From NCBI GenBank assembly GCA_043803945.1, contig JAZDJN010000016.1, positions 64,001 through 128,000 on the forward strand: 64,000 nt of DNA, written 5' to 3'. The DNA is from a bacterium (GTDB lineage: Bacteria; Bacteroidota; Ignavibacteria; UBA10030). The stretch's first letter is position 1; the number at the start of each line of letters is the position of its first letter. This document shows, piece by piece, positions 40,719 through 50,803 of the stretch. The notes under the pieces are model-generated. The model made no database searches. It saw only the letters and a program-made list of their open reading frames with translations, and was not told where the DNA came from. The position numbers and the translations under genes are program-made.

Positions 40719-40871
40719 TCACACCTCAAACTCCTCCCACTCTTTCTTCACGTGCTCCATCAGCTTCTTGAACCGCATCTCGGTGCGGAGATTGGCAATG
40801 AAGGGATCTTTCTCATAAAGGACCTGGTAGTTGATGAAGTCGCGATGAACTGCATTTTCAATCCAATCTAT
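40719..40871 (-). pseudogene. Orphan C-terminus of a kinase-TPR-type protein
   Basis: Start-less frame IDWIENAVHRDFINYQVLYEKDPFIANLRTEMRFKKLMEHVKKEWEEFEV*. Confidence 0.65.
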
Positions 40872-40904
40872 ACGTACTCTATGGAGTACTTCAACCTCTC
40901 GTCG

Positions 40905-41774
40905 TTATTTTTTCCAACGTTCCATCATCTCCCAACGATTCACCGCCTCTAAAAAGATGTCGGCAATAGAGTCCGCTTTCTTCTGAGTATAACTCTTCGC
41001 TTTGTTCACATCGAAGTCCATATACCCAAAATCTTTTTCGGGTAATCGCGATGTCGCCCAGGAGGGGAGCATAAAGAATCCATCCTCAACACCTGCTCGT
41101 CCAACATTATCCTTTCCAAGCTTCTCGTACATTTCTTTATCAATAAGCTCCGGACGAAAGGACAGCACAAGAGCTGCTTCTTCCAAATCTCCATGTCCCG
41201 ATTGTTGAGGCTTGCCTCCATACACCTCGTTCACTGTATTGAATCCAATTTTCCACCAATCAACAGTCAACATGTGTGCACCTGTCTCAAGATGCAGTCT
41301 ACTCATTGCTTTCTTTAATGGATCCGTATTCCCACCATGACCATTGATGATTAAAATATTTTTAAAGCCAGTCCTAATGAGATGTTTAATCACATCGTAG
41401 AGATATTCCTCCATGATCTCCGGCCTCACCGTGATGGAGCCGGGGAATTGAGAAATACTCGTTCCCGTGGTACCATGGTTGATGGCGGGGGCAATCAACG
41501 CGTTACATTTATCCCAGAGCATATTGGCAAAATTCTCCGGGATATAATTATCGGTGCCAATTGCACAAACACCATGGGATTCGACCGTACCAATCGGTAA
41601 GATCACTCTATCGGTCACTTCGGGTACGACCTCGGCAAGTCTCATCCATGAATATTCCTGTAGAGCATGGAATTTCAGATCCCTCACCTTCTTCTGTGAG
41701 AGAAGTGTTGATAGACAACAACCACAGACCAGAAACAACAACGCGATGTGACGCATGCACATTTTCATCTGCAA
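40905..41774 (-). CDS. Creatininase-family amidohydrolase with signal peptide
   Basis: LPIGTVESHG...TD, INGHGGN, GHGDLEE. Confidence 0.88.
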   Translation of the reverse strand: MQMKMCMRHIALLFLVCGCCLSTLLSQKKVRDLKFHALQEYSWMRLAEVVPEVTDRVILPIGTVESHGVCAIGTDNYIPENFANMLWDKCNALIAPAINHGTTGTSISQFPGSITVRPEIMEEYLYDVIKHLIRTGFKNILIINGHGGNTDPLKKAMSRLHLETGAHMLTVDWWKIGFNTVNEVYGGKPQQSGHGDLEEAALVLSFRPELIDKEMYEKLGKDNVGRAGVEDGFFMLPSWATSRLPEKDFGYMDFDVNKAKSYTQKKADSIADIFLEAVNRWEMMERWKK

Positions 41775-42016
41775 TCCTCCAATGAAATTAGTGATTGGTA
41801 TTCTTGTCTCATTTGCTCTATTCCCTCAATCACACTTTCATACCGTCTCAGACGCTCACACGTGGCATCTGCTCCCAACAGAAAGTATGCATTGGGGCAG
41901 GAAAGCAGCTTCAGAGCAAACGGATTCCTGAATCAATCATTTCTATAAAGCAACCTGGCTGGGTCGCATCCTCACTCTCAACTGAACATACCGACTCGGG
42001 TTTATGAGAAACATCA

Positions 42017-42427
42017 TTAAACTTCGATTGCATTGAAAATATCTGTATTGCTAAGGATTCCGACGACTTCTTTGCCGTCAAAGACAGGGGCTCTTCTGAT
42101 GCCAGCATGATGGAATATTCTGGCGCAATATTTTAATGCAAGACCCGGGGAAACCATAATGAGCGGCTTGGTCATGATTTCGAAGACTTTAACCTCCTTC
42201 GGATTCTTTCCAGGATCGACGATCTTATTCACCACATCCTTTCGAGTAATAATCCCCCATGCGTCCTCTACTCCCCGCCGATTCACAAGCAGACTTGAGG
42301 TTTTTTTCTCTCTCATCAGCTTAATGGCATCTGCCACAGTCTCCTTCCCATCGATGAAGACGACATTCTTCTTCATGACAGTACCCGCAGTAGCGAACCG
42401 TACAACCTTAAGTGCTTTCTTTGCCAT
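42017..42427 (-). CDS. CBS-domain protein
   Basis: Tandem CBS motifs (GIITRKD, IMTKP, GILSNTD); aaggag RBS before 42427. Confidence 0.88.
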   Translation of the reverse strand: MAKKALKVVRFATAGTVMKKNVVFIDGKETVADAIKLMREKKTSSLLVNRRGVEDAWGIITRKDVVNKIVDPGKNPKEVKVFEIMTKPLIMVSPGLALKYCARIFHHAGIRRAPVFDGKEVVGILSNTDIFNAIEV

Positions 42428-42622
42428 AAAATCTACTCCTTTCTTTGAGTCTGGTACTGCTTCCCTCGTGACCCAGCCGAAGTCACTTTTTTGCCAATTA
42501 ATTTGTGAGTGCTCAGTGTTTTTGCCACCAAGGCTTAAAGCCACTAAGTAATATTTTGTGCCATTGTGTCTTCGCGGCAATATGTCTTATGATACTGTTC
42601 ATCGTCGAGAGTGAACACCTCT

Positions 42623-44857
42623 TTATCGTTCTTCCAGCGCCCGCAACTCGGCATCAGTCTGGCGAAGCCGCAACGCAATGGCATGGGCCAGGCGTGCGAA
42701 GACCTGAACACCAATTGTGGGATTGGATTTGGATAGCACGTTAAATCGTGTGCGAGAGAGGACATAGAGGTCTGTAGGCACTTTTGCCACGACTTCCGCA
42801 GAGCGGGCGCCCCTGTCGAGAAAAGAGAGTTCCCCGAAGAAATCGCCGCGTCCGATCGTAGCAAGGTGATGATATTTTCCTCCTTCCAGTGGTAGCATGA
42901 TCCGGACACTCCCGCGCCGGACCAGAAAAATCTCGTCTCCCACTTCTCTTTGTGAAAAAGCTTTCTCTCCTTCATCGAGTGAGACTTCGAGCATGCATAA
43001 CAATAGCTCGCTCAAGGTATGATTATCAAACTCCCGGAAGAGGTCAAAGTTTTTTATCTCAAGTAATTGCTCTTCACCCTTCTTCTGGACTCCCGTGATT
43101 TCCAGGATTCGTTCTTCTATCCATTCCAGTCCACCGTCCAGGGTTTCCGAGATTATCACACCTGCGCCCTCTTTGACGACACCGAGTTGAGCAAGATAGT
43201 GCGCAAAGTCCCGTTCATCCAAAAGACCAGAAGGCATTCCACTGAAAAGTAATTGTCCTCCGCGTTCTGCAAGCTGAGCATGCATCTGTTCAAAGAGATG
43301 AGCTGCAGTGTAATCCATCGAATGGACTCGCCGCATATCGAGGAGAATATAGCGCTTGGTTCGGAGATCAGGTCCGAGCTGAGAAAAGAGTTGATCGGTG
43401 GTACCAAAGAACAGGTTGCCCTGAAGTTCACAGAAGACACCCTGGTCTCCTTGCTGGTTGAGTATCTCCCGTTCCGATCTCCGACGTCGGGTCTTCGAAG
43501 ATATCTGATTCAGGTAAAGTTTTCGACGAATCACTGAGCCCCGGATCTGATCACGAATGAAGAGCAGAATCGCGAGGGCTACTCCAACAAGCGAAGCTGC
43601 TATCAAATCGACTGTGATCGATACAATGACCACTCCCGCGATTACGGCAAAATCGAGCCGACCCGCTGGAGAGCGCAACAAGCGGAACATCCCCTTGTCA
43701 AACATCCGCCAGGCTATGACAAGCAGTATACCTGCAAGTGCGCCGATGGGAACCCAAGCGATTAACTGACTCAAGAGGAGCAGGGCTAAGATGACAAAAC
43801 CTCCCTCAATGATTCCCGAACGGAAAGTACGCCCGCCGCTGGTGATGTTAACGAGTGTGGGGCCCATGGTTCCAGCACCCGGCATTCCACCGACCATGAA
43901 CGAGGCGAGGTTCCCAATACCCTGCCCGATGAGCTCACGATCTGAATTGTGCCGGCTGCGGGTAAGGGCATCGAGACCGACGCACGTCTTCAGTGTGTCG
44001 ATTGAGAGAAGCACTGAGAGCGTCAGAGCAGGTATAATGATAAGCTGAATCGACCCAAGGTTGATTGACTGTAGAGAAGTGAATCGGCCAGCGACAGCAT
44101 CGAAGAAAGAACCTGAAGTTTGGATTGGCCCGATGACAAGCGGATTGCTGCTGAGGTTCAGCAACGCCGGCGAAAATAGTGCAAGCACGAAATAGGAAAC
44201 AATTCCTCCCCCAAGACCGATTATGGCGGCTGGTACTTTCTTTGTGATACGCGGTGCTGTTCCCATAAGCACTATCGTGACGATACCGACCACAAGCCCT
44301 TCCCATCTCCAGATATCCGGAGAAAAGAATCCTTGAGAGAGTGGAATTCCTTTTGGCAGTCCGAACAGCTTCGGCAGTTGTCCCAGTGCGATAAGAAGGC
44401 CCACGCCTGAGAGGTACCCGGTAACCACAGGGTACGGTATGAACTTGATCAAGCGGCCGCCACCGATGGCACCATAAAGAATTTGAAACGCTGCTGAGAG
44501 CAGAGCGGTCAACGCCAGGAGAGGAAGAATATCTGCCTGTGTCAATCCGGCTCCTGCCTTGCCACCAAGAAGTCCGGCAATCAGAGCAGAGAGAACTGCA
44601 GCGGCCGGGGCACACGGGGCGGAGATCAATCCGCCTGTTCGGCCAAAGAACGGTGCGACGAGTCCGAGGGCAGCTGCACCAAGAATTCCAGCCATTGCAC
44701 CTGCACCTGCAAGCTCAGATCCTATCACCGTGTAGGTGAGGACTCCAAAGGCAATCGATGATGGGAGCGCTACGAGCATCGATGCCAATCCTCCCCAGAG
44801 ATCACCAGTGAATGTCGTTGTCTTCCCTGCAACTTTTTCGGATTGAATGTTCATCAC
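42623..44857 (-). CDS. SulP/SLC26 anion transporter with STAS and cNMP-binding domains
   Basis: GDLWGG...ALPSSIAFG, ELIGQGIGN, GNLFFG, DMRRVHSMD, GDFFGELS...RSA. Confidence 0.9.
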   Translation of the reverse strand: MMNIQSEKVAGKTTTFTGDLWGGLASMLVALPSSIAFGVLTYTVIGSELAGAGAMAGILGAAALGLVAPFFGRTGGLISAPCAPAAAVLSALIAGLLGGKAGAGLTQADILPLLALTALLSAAFQILYGAIGGGRLIKFIPYPVVTGYLSGVGLLIALGQLPKLFGLPKGIPLSQGFFSPDIWRWEGLVVGIVTIVLMGTAPRITKKVPAAIIGLGGGIVSYFVLALFSPALLNLSSNPLVIGPIQTSGSFFDAVAGRFTSLQSINLGSIQLIIIPALTLSVLLSIDTLKTCVGLDALTRSRHNSDRELIGQGIGNLASFMVGGMPGAGTMGPTLVNITSGGRTFRSGIIEGGFVILALLLLSQLIAWVPIGALAGILLVIAWRMFDKGMFRLLRSPAGRLDFAVIAGVVIVSITVDLIAASLVGVALAILLFIRDQIRGSVIRRKLYLNQISSKTRRRRSEREILNQQGDQGVFCELQGNLFFGTTDQLFSQLGPDLRTKRYILLDMRRVHSMDYTAAHLFEQMHAQLAERGGQLLFSGMPSGLLDERDFAHYLAQLGVVKEGAGVIISETLDGGLEWIEERILEITGVQKKGEEQLLEIKNFDLFREFDNHTLSELLLCMLEVSLDEGEKAFSQREVGDEIFLVRRGSVRIMLPLEGGKYHHLATIGRGDFFGELSFLDRGARSAEVVAKVPTDLYVLSRTRFNVLSKSNPTIGVQVFARLAHAIALRLRQTDAELRALEER

Positions 44858-45380
44858 TTCTCCGGAATGATCTGTTGAGTGTTAATCGACAACAGTAAAA
44901 ACGTTATAGAGTTTATGGTTCACAATTATCAGGAAACAATTTACAGGTTCAGTTTGGTTTTCCAGATTTCTTTTTCTGGACGTTCCTCCCTCACCCTCGA
45001 TGGGGCTGTCCAAAAAGTATTTTCTAGGGCGAAGGCGTCCTCGCCGAGCATAATAATTTCACTATTTCCCTCGGCGACCAGCCCGCCATGCGTTCTGGCG
45101 GGGACGCCTTCGGGTTAGTATTATATTCTCTTTTTAGTCACCCCCTGAGCCCGCCCGCCTGACCGCGTGCGGTCGGGGGTGAGGGTTGAGCTATTCTCCT
45201 CCTGCACTCACAAAGCTATTCACGAGTTTGATAAGGAGATATGATTTGTCTAACCATCAGCACAATCCCTCCTTCGGAAGTGTGCCCGATTATTGCTGCG
45301 TCTCAATTCTTTTCGGTTGGAAGGATCAGGAAAAAGAATGATGAGAAGAATCGAGACTAAGTAACCTACTTGTTGATATC

Positions 45381-46682
45381 TCAGGAAATCCGCTTAATGA
45401 CGATCATGGTGATATCGTCTAACTGAAAATTTTTCTCAGCAAATTGTTTGACGTCAGAAACAACCCGGTCGATGATCATGCTTGCGCTGAGGTGAAGATT
45501 TTCCTTCACAATCTGAACCGCGCGTTCCGCACCGAATTGATCTTCATCAACATTCGCCGCTTCTGTGATACCATCAGAAACAATAACAAGGGTGCCGCCG
45601 GGTGGAAAGGTAATACTTTCTTCTTCAAAGGGAAAATCCACTAACAGACCAAGGGGGATACCCCCAACTTCTAAGGAGTATGGATCAAGGTTTGTGGTGA
45701 GCAGGACAGGCCGTTCATGGCCTGCATTTGTGTAGATTAACGTGTGATTTTGAGTATCGAGGATCGCATAAACAATTGTTGCGAATTTATCAGAACCGGT
45801 GCTGTGAAAGAGCAGTTTGTTCGATTTAATCATACACTCTTTTGGTGCATCGGTCAACATCGATTGTCCTCGGAGTGTCGCCTGGAGGTTTGCCATAAGC
45901 AGGGCAGCCGGGAGACCTTTGCCGGATACATCTCCAAGACATATCCCAAGGCGTTGATCTTCAAACTCGATGAAATCGTAATAATCTCCCCCAACCTGCT
46001 TTGCCGGAATCGTCAGAGCTGCGATGTCATATCCCTCTATCTGTGGCAGCGTTTTAGGCAAGAGATCGGTCTGAATTTTTACGGCGAGTTGAACCTCTTT
46101 CATCATCTTCGCAAGAGTTTTTTCCTCTTCATAGAGTCTTGCATTTTCTACCACCTGGGCCGACTGCCCCGTGATGATGGCAAGCAATCGTTGATCGTCT
46201 TCGGTGAATCCGTTTGGCTCTTTCTTGTTGTACACTGTCAACACTCCGATCAATTCCGATTTGATCATCATCGGAACACATAACAGGGAACGGATTGTGG
46301 GTTCAATATGAATCCCTTCAAATCGTGCATCATGATGCGGGTCGTTAAGAACGAGCGGCTTCTTGTTAAGATGCATCCAGCCTAGCATGGCCTGGCAGAG
46401 ATGAAATGCGGGAAGTTCATTCGAGCCCACTTGAGTGCGGATGAGCGTCTTCCCTTCGGCATTTGGCTCCTTCTCAACCAGAGTGATCACACCCTGTTCG
46501 GCATGAACAGCCCGGAGAGAGCGTTTGATAATCGTGTGGATAATTTCTTCGGTACTGGAAAGGGCACCGATGGAACGGGCAAGATCATTCAGGACGGTGA
46601 GTTCTTCAATTGCTCTTTTGAGGCGGTGGTTTTCTTCTTCAAGTGTGTGAACCTGTAGTGAGTCGTCTTTGTGTTCAACCAT
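45381..46682 (-). CDS. GAF + SpoIIE/PP2C phosphatase (RsbU-like)
   Basis: GAF (LCVPM..IGVL...FTEDD); VGGDYYD, GDVSGKGLPAAL, SDGITEA, DDIT. Confidence 0.9.
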   Translation of the reverse strand: MVEHKDDSLQVHTLEEENHRLKRAIEELTVLNDLARSIGALSSTEEIIHTIIKRSLRAVHAEQGVITLVEKEPNAEGKTLIRTQVGSNELPAFHLCQAMLGWMHLNKKPLVLNDPHHDARFEGIHIEPTIRSLLCVPMMIKSELIGVLTVYNKKEPNGFTEDDQRLLAIITGQSAQVVENARLYEEEKTLAKMMKEVQLAVKIQTDLLPKTLPQIEGYDIAALTIPAKQVGGDYYDFIEFEDQRLGICLGDVSGKGLPAALLMANLQATLRGQSMLTDAPKECMIKSNKLLFHSTGSDKFATIVYAILDTQNHTLIYTNAGHERPVLLTTNLDPYSLEVGGIPLGLLVDFPFEEESITFPPGGTLVIVSDGITEAANVDEDQFGAERAVQIVKENLHLSASMIIDRVVSDVKQFAEKNFQLDDITMIVIKRIS

Positions 46683-46818
46683 GGTGACCTTAAGGGATTA
46701 ATCTATCCTGTCCATCCATCTTACATTATCTCACATCGATCTACAGGATAATCAGGATGTTTTAGAATACATACTTTATATCCTGTCTATCCTATACATC
46801 CATGTTAAATTTTCTCTG

Positions 46819-47700
46819 CTATGAAATTGCTTTTGCTGACTTCAATGTATTCCTCACTAACATCGCAATCGTCATTGGTCCAACACCACCGGGTACGGGT
46901 GTGATCGCTTTTGCTTTCTTCTGGACTGAATCGAAATCCACATCACCAACAATTCTGTAACCTTTTTGGGCTGTTGAATCTTCTATGCGATTGATGCCGA
47001 CATCGATCACAACAACACCCTCCCTCACCATCTCACCGGTAATGATCTGTGGTTTACCGATCGCAGCAATAAGGATATCCGCCTGGAGAGTATATGGCCT
47101 GAGATCATGCACTCCGGTATGAACCATGGTGACAACAGCGTTGGCTCCCTGTTTCTTCTGGAGGAGTATGTTTGCAATCGGCTTGCCGACAATATTGCTC
47201 CGTCCGGCGACGACGACATGTTTTCCTGCAGGATCGTTTCCGCTGCGGAGGAGTAACTCCTGAATCCCTGCCGGAGTGCAGGGAAGAAATGTCTCGAGGC
47301 CAATCATGAGTTTACCGATGTTGATCGGATGAAACCCATCGACATCCTTTGCAGGATTAATGGCCTCAATAATTTTTTGCTCATTGATCTGTTTTGGCAG
47401 GGGAAGTTGAACAAGAATTCCATGGATATCGGTGCAATGATTGAACTCTTCGATCTTCGATAAGATTGTCTCTTCCTTTGTGTCCGCCGGCATTACTTCT
47501 GTGAGAGAGAAGAAACCGACCTCTTCGCAAGCCTTGCCCTTGGAGCGAACGTAGGATTGCGATGCAGGATTATCGCCAACGAGGAGAAAGGCAAGCCCCG
47601 GTGTAATACCTTTTGTTTTCTTGAGAAGTTCGGTTTCGTTCTTCACTTCCCGGCGAATCGCATCCGCAATTGCTTTACCATCGATAATCTCGGCAGACAT
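46819..47700 (-). CDS. folD: Methylenetetrahydrofolate dehydrogenase/cyclohydrolase
   Basis: IIDGK, KDVDGFHP, PCTP, GRSNIVGKP, TPVPGGVGPMT. Confidence 0.97.
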   Translation of the reverse strand: MSAEIIDGKAIADAIRREVKNETELLKKTKGITPGLAFLLVGDNPASQSYVRSKGKACEEVGFFSLTEVMPADTKEETILSKIEEFNHCTDIHGILVQLPLPKQINEQKIIEAINPAKDVDGFHPINIGKLMIGLETFLPCTPAGIQELLLRSGNDPAGKHVVVAGRSNIVGKPIANILLQKKQGANAVVTMVHTGVHDLRPYTLQADILIAAIGKPQIITGEMVREGVVVIDVGINRIEDSTAQKGYRIVGDVDFDSVQKKAKAITPVPGGVGPMTIAMLVRNTLKSAKAIS

Positions 47701-47861
47701 GGATCTCCTCTAAATGCTAGAACGAAAAGTCCATCCACGAAGGACACCAAGAACACAAAGGATAAAATGAAAATATAAATAATTTGAATTTTTATCATTT
47801 TACAACTTTTTCTTCGTGTCCTTAGTGGTTAAATTATTTTCTATCCCTTTCAACCGGGTCC

Positions 47862-48659
47862 CTAGATGAATGAGGGGAAGATGATATGTTCGATTTTTTG
47901 AGCCTTGCCTGTTTCGGTATCGACCCGGATGTGAACGGCACAGAAGCGAACATCGTACTGCGCCATCTCGAATTTATGAGGTGTTTGTGTGACAAATCGT
48001 TTGATAGCAATCTCTTTTTTCATTCCAATCACCGAGTCATACGGACCTGTCATCCCAACATCGGTTATGAATGCAGTGCCGTTGGGTAAGATACGCGCAT
48101 CGGCAGTCGGAATGTGGGTATGCGTACCGACAATTGCACTCACTTTTCCATCCAGATGCCATCCGAGCGCCATCTTCTCCGCGGTGGCTTCGGCGTGCAT
48201 ATCAATAAAGATCACTTTCGTCTCGTTGCTGATTCTCGTTACCGCCCACTCCGCCGCCTTGAATGGATCATCAATGGTCTGCATGTAGGTGCGCCCCTGA
48301 ATATTGATGACGCCAACCTTTCCTTTTTCCTTCAGATCATACACAAGATATCCTCGACCCGGATTCTCGCGCGGATAATTCAATGGACGCAGAATATTTT
48401 CTTCCTTCGAGATTAATGCCCGGGCCTGCCATCGATCCCATAGGTGATTCCCTGTTGTGATAACATGCACACCAAGATCGAACAGGATTTTTGCATCATC
48501 ATCGGAAAGGCCCTTGCCATCGGCGACATTCTCTCCATTGACGATACACAGGTCAATCTGGTATTTCTGCAAATACTGTTTGAGAATTGTCGCTGTGAGG
48601 GTGAGTCCCGGTTTTCCGACAATGTCACCAACAAAAAGAATATTAATATGATGAGCCAA
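47862..48659 (-). CDS. YmdB/TIGR00282 metallophosphoesterase
   Basis: GDIVGKPG, NGEN, TGNH, DMHAEATAEK, GTHTH, TDVGMTGP. Confidence 0.93.
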   Translation of the reverse strand: MAHHINILFVGDIVGKPGLTLTATILKQYLQKYQIDLCIVNGENVADGKGLSDDDAKILFDLGVHVITTGNHLWDRWQARALISKEENILRPLNYPRENPGRGYLVYDLKEKGKVGVINIQGRTYMQTIDDPFKAAEWAVTRISNETKVIFIDMHAEATAEKMALGWHLDGKVSAIVGTHTHIPTADARILPNGTAFITDVGMTGPYDSVIGMKKEIAIKRFVTQTPHKFEMAQYDVRFCAVHIRVDTETGKAQKIEHIIFPSFI

Positions 48660-48834
48660 GAGTTACTCCACTGTTCATAAAATTACGTCTTGTGTGAATA
48701 ATCTGATAGGATGTTTCTAACTTAGCTGCTGAAACTACGGATGTCAATATAGCGGAATTTGGCTGGAAAAGAAAGAAGCAGGACAGCCCTTAAAGCAACG
48801 ACATGCTCAGCAAAATCATTATCGACAGATCATC

Positions 48835-49413
48835 CTAACGGTGGTTCATGCGATAGAATCGCTGCAGCACAAAGCGATCGACCATGATCAATGCAAGTAA
48901 TGTCCCAAAAGTGAGAAGGAGAACATTGCCTCCCGTATTGCTCGCCGGAAGTTGGATTTTTTTGCTGAAGAGTCTTGAGTATTCCTTTTTGACTGTCTCC
49001 GCTGTTGCGTTATAGAAATTAGAGAAGGAATTCATAACCTGAGAGAGCTGTGTCGGTTTCTGATCTTGCTGCGCTAGTGAGGAAGAGTGAGTGAGAACGA
49101 TACTGATGATAGTGAGAACCAGTCCCATTCCCAAAAAATATCCAAGATTATCCAGCAATTTTCTCGATAGAGAATGCTTGGTTGAGGGTGCAACGACCGC
49201 CATTATTCTGGAGGTAAAACTGGAAGGCACTTGAAGGAGAGGAGCTCGATGTGCGGCCTCATTAACTTTTCTGTACAATTCCAATTCTTGACGGCATCGG
49301 GAGCATTGGTCGAGGTGGAGCAGCACCTTCCGGCGATCACCGTTGACCGTCGTTTCATCGAGAAATTGGAGTATGTCATTTGTCGATAAATGATTCATTT
49401 CACTATCCTTCAC
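48835..49413 (-). CDS. Zinc-finger (HxxxCxxC) anti-sigma factor
   Basis: HLDQCSRC; transmembrane segments; coupled to the ECF gene. Confidence 0.8.
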   Translation of the reverse strand: MKDSEMNHLSTNDILQFLDETTVNGDRRKVLLHLDQCSRCRQELELYRKVNEAAHRAPLLQVPSSFTSRIMAVVAPSTKHSLSRKLLDNLGYFLGMGLVLTIISIVLTHSSSLAQQDQKPTQLSQVMNSFSNFYNATAETVKKEYSRLFSKKIQLPASNTGGNVLLLTFGTLLALIMVDRFVLQRFYRMNHR

Positions 49414-49997
49414 TAACCGAACACATGAGAGATGGAACCAAGGCGTTCGACAATCGCTTCCTTCAGCATCATCCGGGCTCTAAAGAGACGTGCTTTTACT
49501 GTACCTAATGGCAACCCAGTCACTTCAACGATTTGTTCGTAGCTCATATTTTGTACGATGAACAATGTAAAGAGTGAACTATAGTGAGCGGGAAGTTTCT
49601 CAATCTCTTCATACAGAATTTCTTCAAATTCTCGCGATTCGTACTCCGCATCCGGCTGAGCATCTTCTGAGGGTAATTCGATGAATCTCTCATCCTCGTT
49701 CTGCTGTTCGATTGAAACATGGATGCTTTGTTCTCTGCGAGATAACGCTGTTGCACAGACATTATAGACTATCCGATAAAACCAGGTAGAGAAGCTTGAT
49801 TTCCGTTCGAACTTCGGTAACGCATGAAATGCTCTGATAAAAGCATCCTGAAGTGCCTCTTCGGCATCCTGATGGTTCTTGAGCATACGCATCGCCAATG
49901 TCATAGCCCGGTCTTTATGCTTATCGACCAGTTCGGCATACGCTTTTTTTTCACCAGCGAGTATTCGCTGGATTATGGAATAATCCTTATCTGGCAT
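49413..49997 (-). CDS. ECF sigma factor
   Basis: DAEEALQDAF, FSTWFYRIVYN, SYEQI...GTVKARLFRAR. Confidence 0.92.
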   Translation of the reverse strand: MPDKDYSIIQRILAGEKKAYAELVDKHKDRAMTLAMRMLKNHQDAEEALQDAFIRAFHALPKFERKSSFSTWFYRIVYNVCATALSRREQSIHVSIEQQNEDERFIELPSEDAQPDAEYESREFEEILYEEIEKLPAHYSSLFTLFIVQNMSYEQIVEVTGLPLGTVKARLFRARMMLKEAIVERLGSISHVFG

Positions 49998-50028
49998 AGG
50001 TATCGTGAGCAGTCTCTGCTGCACTCTA

Positions 50029-50096
50029 TTTGACCAGAAAAAAAACTTAAGGTTTCGGAAATTTGTTGAAACCTTGATAATAAATCTCAAGTCAAA
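50029..50096. promoter_or_regulatory. Two divergent ECF-type promoters (GAAACC-N16/17-GTCAAA)
   Basis: Plus strand: gaaacc 50068-73, gtcaaa 50091-96. Minus strand: gaaacc 50056-51, gtcaaa 50034-29. Confidence 0.65.
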
Positions 50097-50146
50097 GGTA
50101 GCAAAGGAAGCAACGAACAGCAACCACATCTATCATTGGAGGACCT

Positions 50147-50503
50147 ATGGAAGAAGTCTTAGTACCTATAACAATATTCGGCGGACTTGCCGTTGTTTTA
50201 ATCGTCTATTTTAACAATCAACATCGTGAGCGCATGGCGATGATCGAAAAAGGATTGAACCTTGCAGATGCGAAGGGCACTCCCTTACGTGAAATGTTCA
50301 GGCTTAATCCACTGTCGTCGCTAAAATGGGGGCTTCTTGCCCTCTTCATTGGGGTTGGCTTCATTGTTGGAATTTATCTCCACAATTATTATTCCGTCGA
50401 TGAATCAATTTTCGCCGCCCTCATGTTCTTCTTTGGCGGTTTGGCACTCATTATCTTCTATTTCTTCGCCACGAAAAAAATGAAACAGGAAGAGAATAAA
50501 TAG
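50147..50503 (+). CDS. Membrane protein, DUF6249-like
   Basis: HRERMAMIEKG...SLKWGLLALFIGVG; typical neighbour of ECF genes. Confidence 0.75.
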   Translation: MEEVLVPITIFGGLAVVLIVYFNNQHRERMAMIEKGLNLADAKGTPLREMFRLNPLSSLKWGLLALFIGVGFIVGIYLHNYYSVDESIFAALMFFFGGLALIIFYFFATKKMKQEENK

Positions 50504-50539
50504 CCTTCTAGATTTCTTTCTCCAGTATAATTATTCACG

Positions 50540-50568
50540 AAAGGCCGGATGCAAAATCCGGCCTTTTT
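50540..50568 (+). terminator. Intrinsic terminator
   Basis: aaggccggat-gcaaa-atccggcc-ttttt. Confidence 0.8.
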
Positions 50569-50803
50569 ATTTTATTTTTGAATGGAGAAATGGGTACATT
50601 GAAACAGACTGTAGAGGAACTTATGTTGGTTATCTGCATACAACATAAAGGAAATTACCCTACGGATTCCTGAATAGAACCACTTGAGAAGGGTATTACC
50701 ACCAACCGGGAGCGCAGGTTGATCCCAGAATATTATTATTCCGATATTGTCTGGCGTCACACTTCTGGCGCAATATTGTATACGATAAAGGAGACTATTC
50801 TCT

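Noticed and set aside
40197-40952. 251-aa plus-strand ORF
   Set aside because: Antisense to the ACT gene, a low-complexity pyrimidine tract and the kinase-TPR remnant.
41831-41842. 12-bp match (cacactttcata) to the TrpB2 3' end at 38682-38693
   Set aside because: Too short, and the similarity does not extend.
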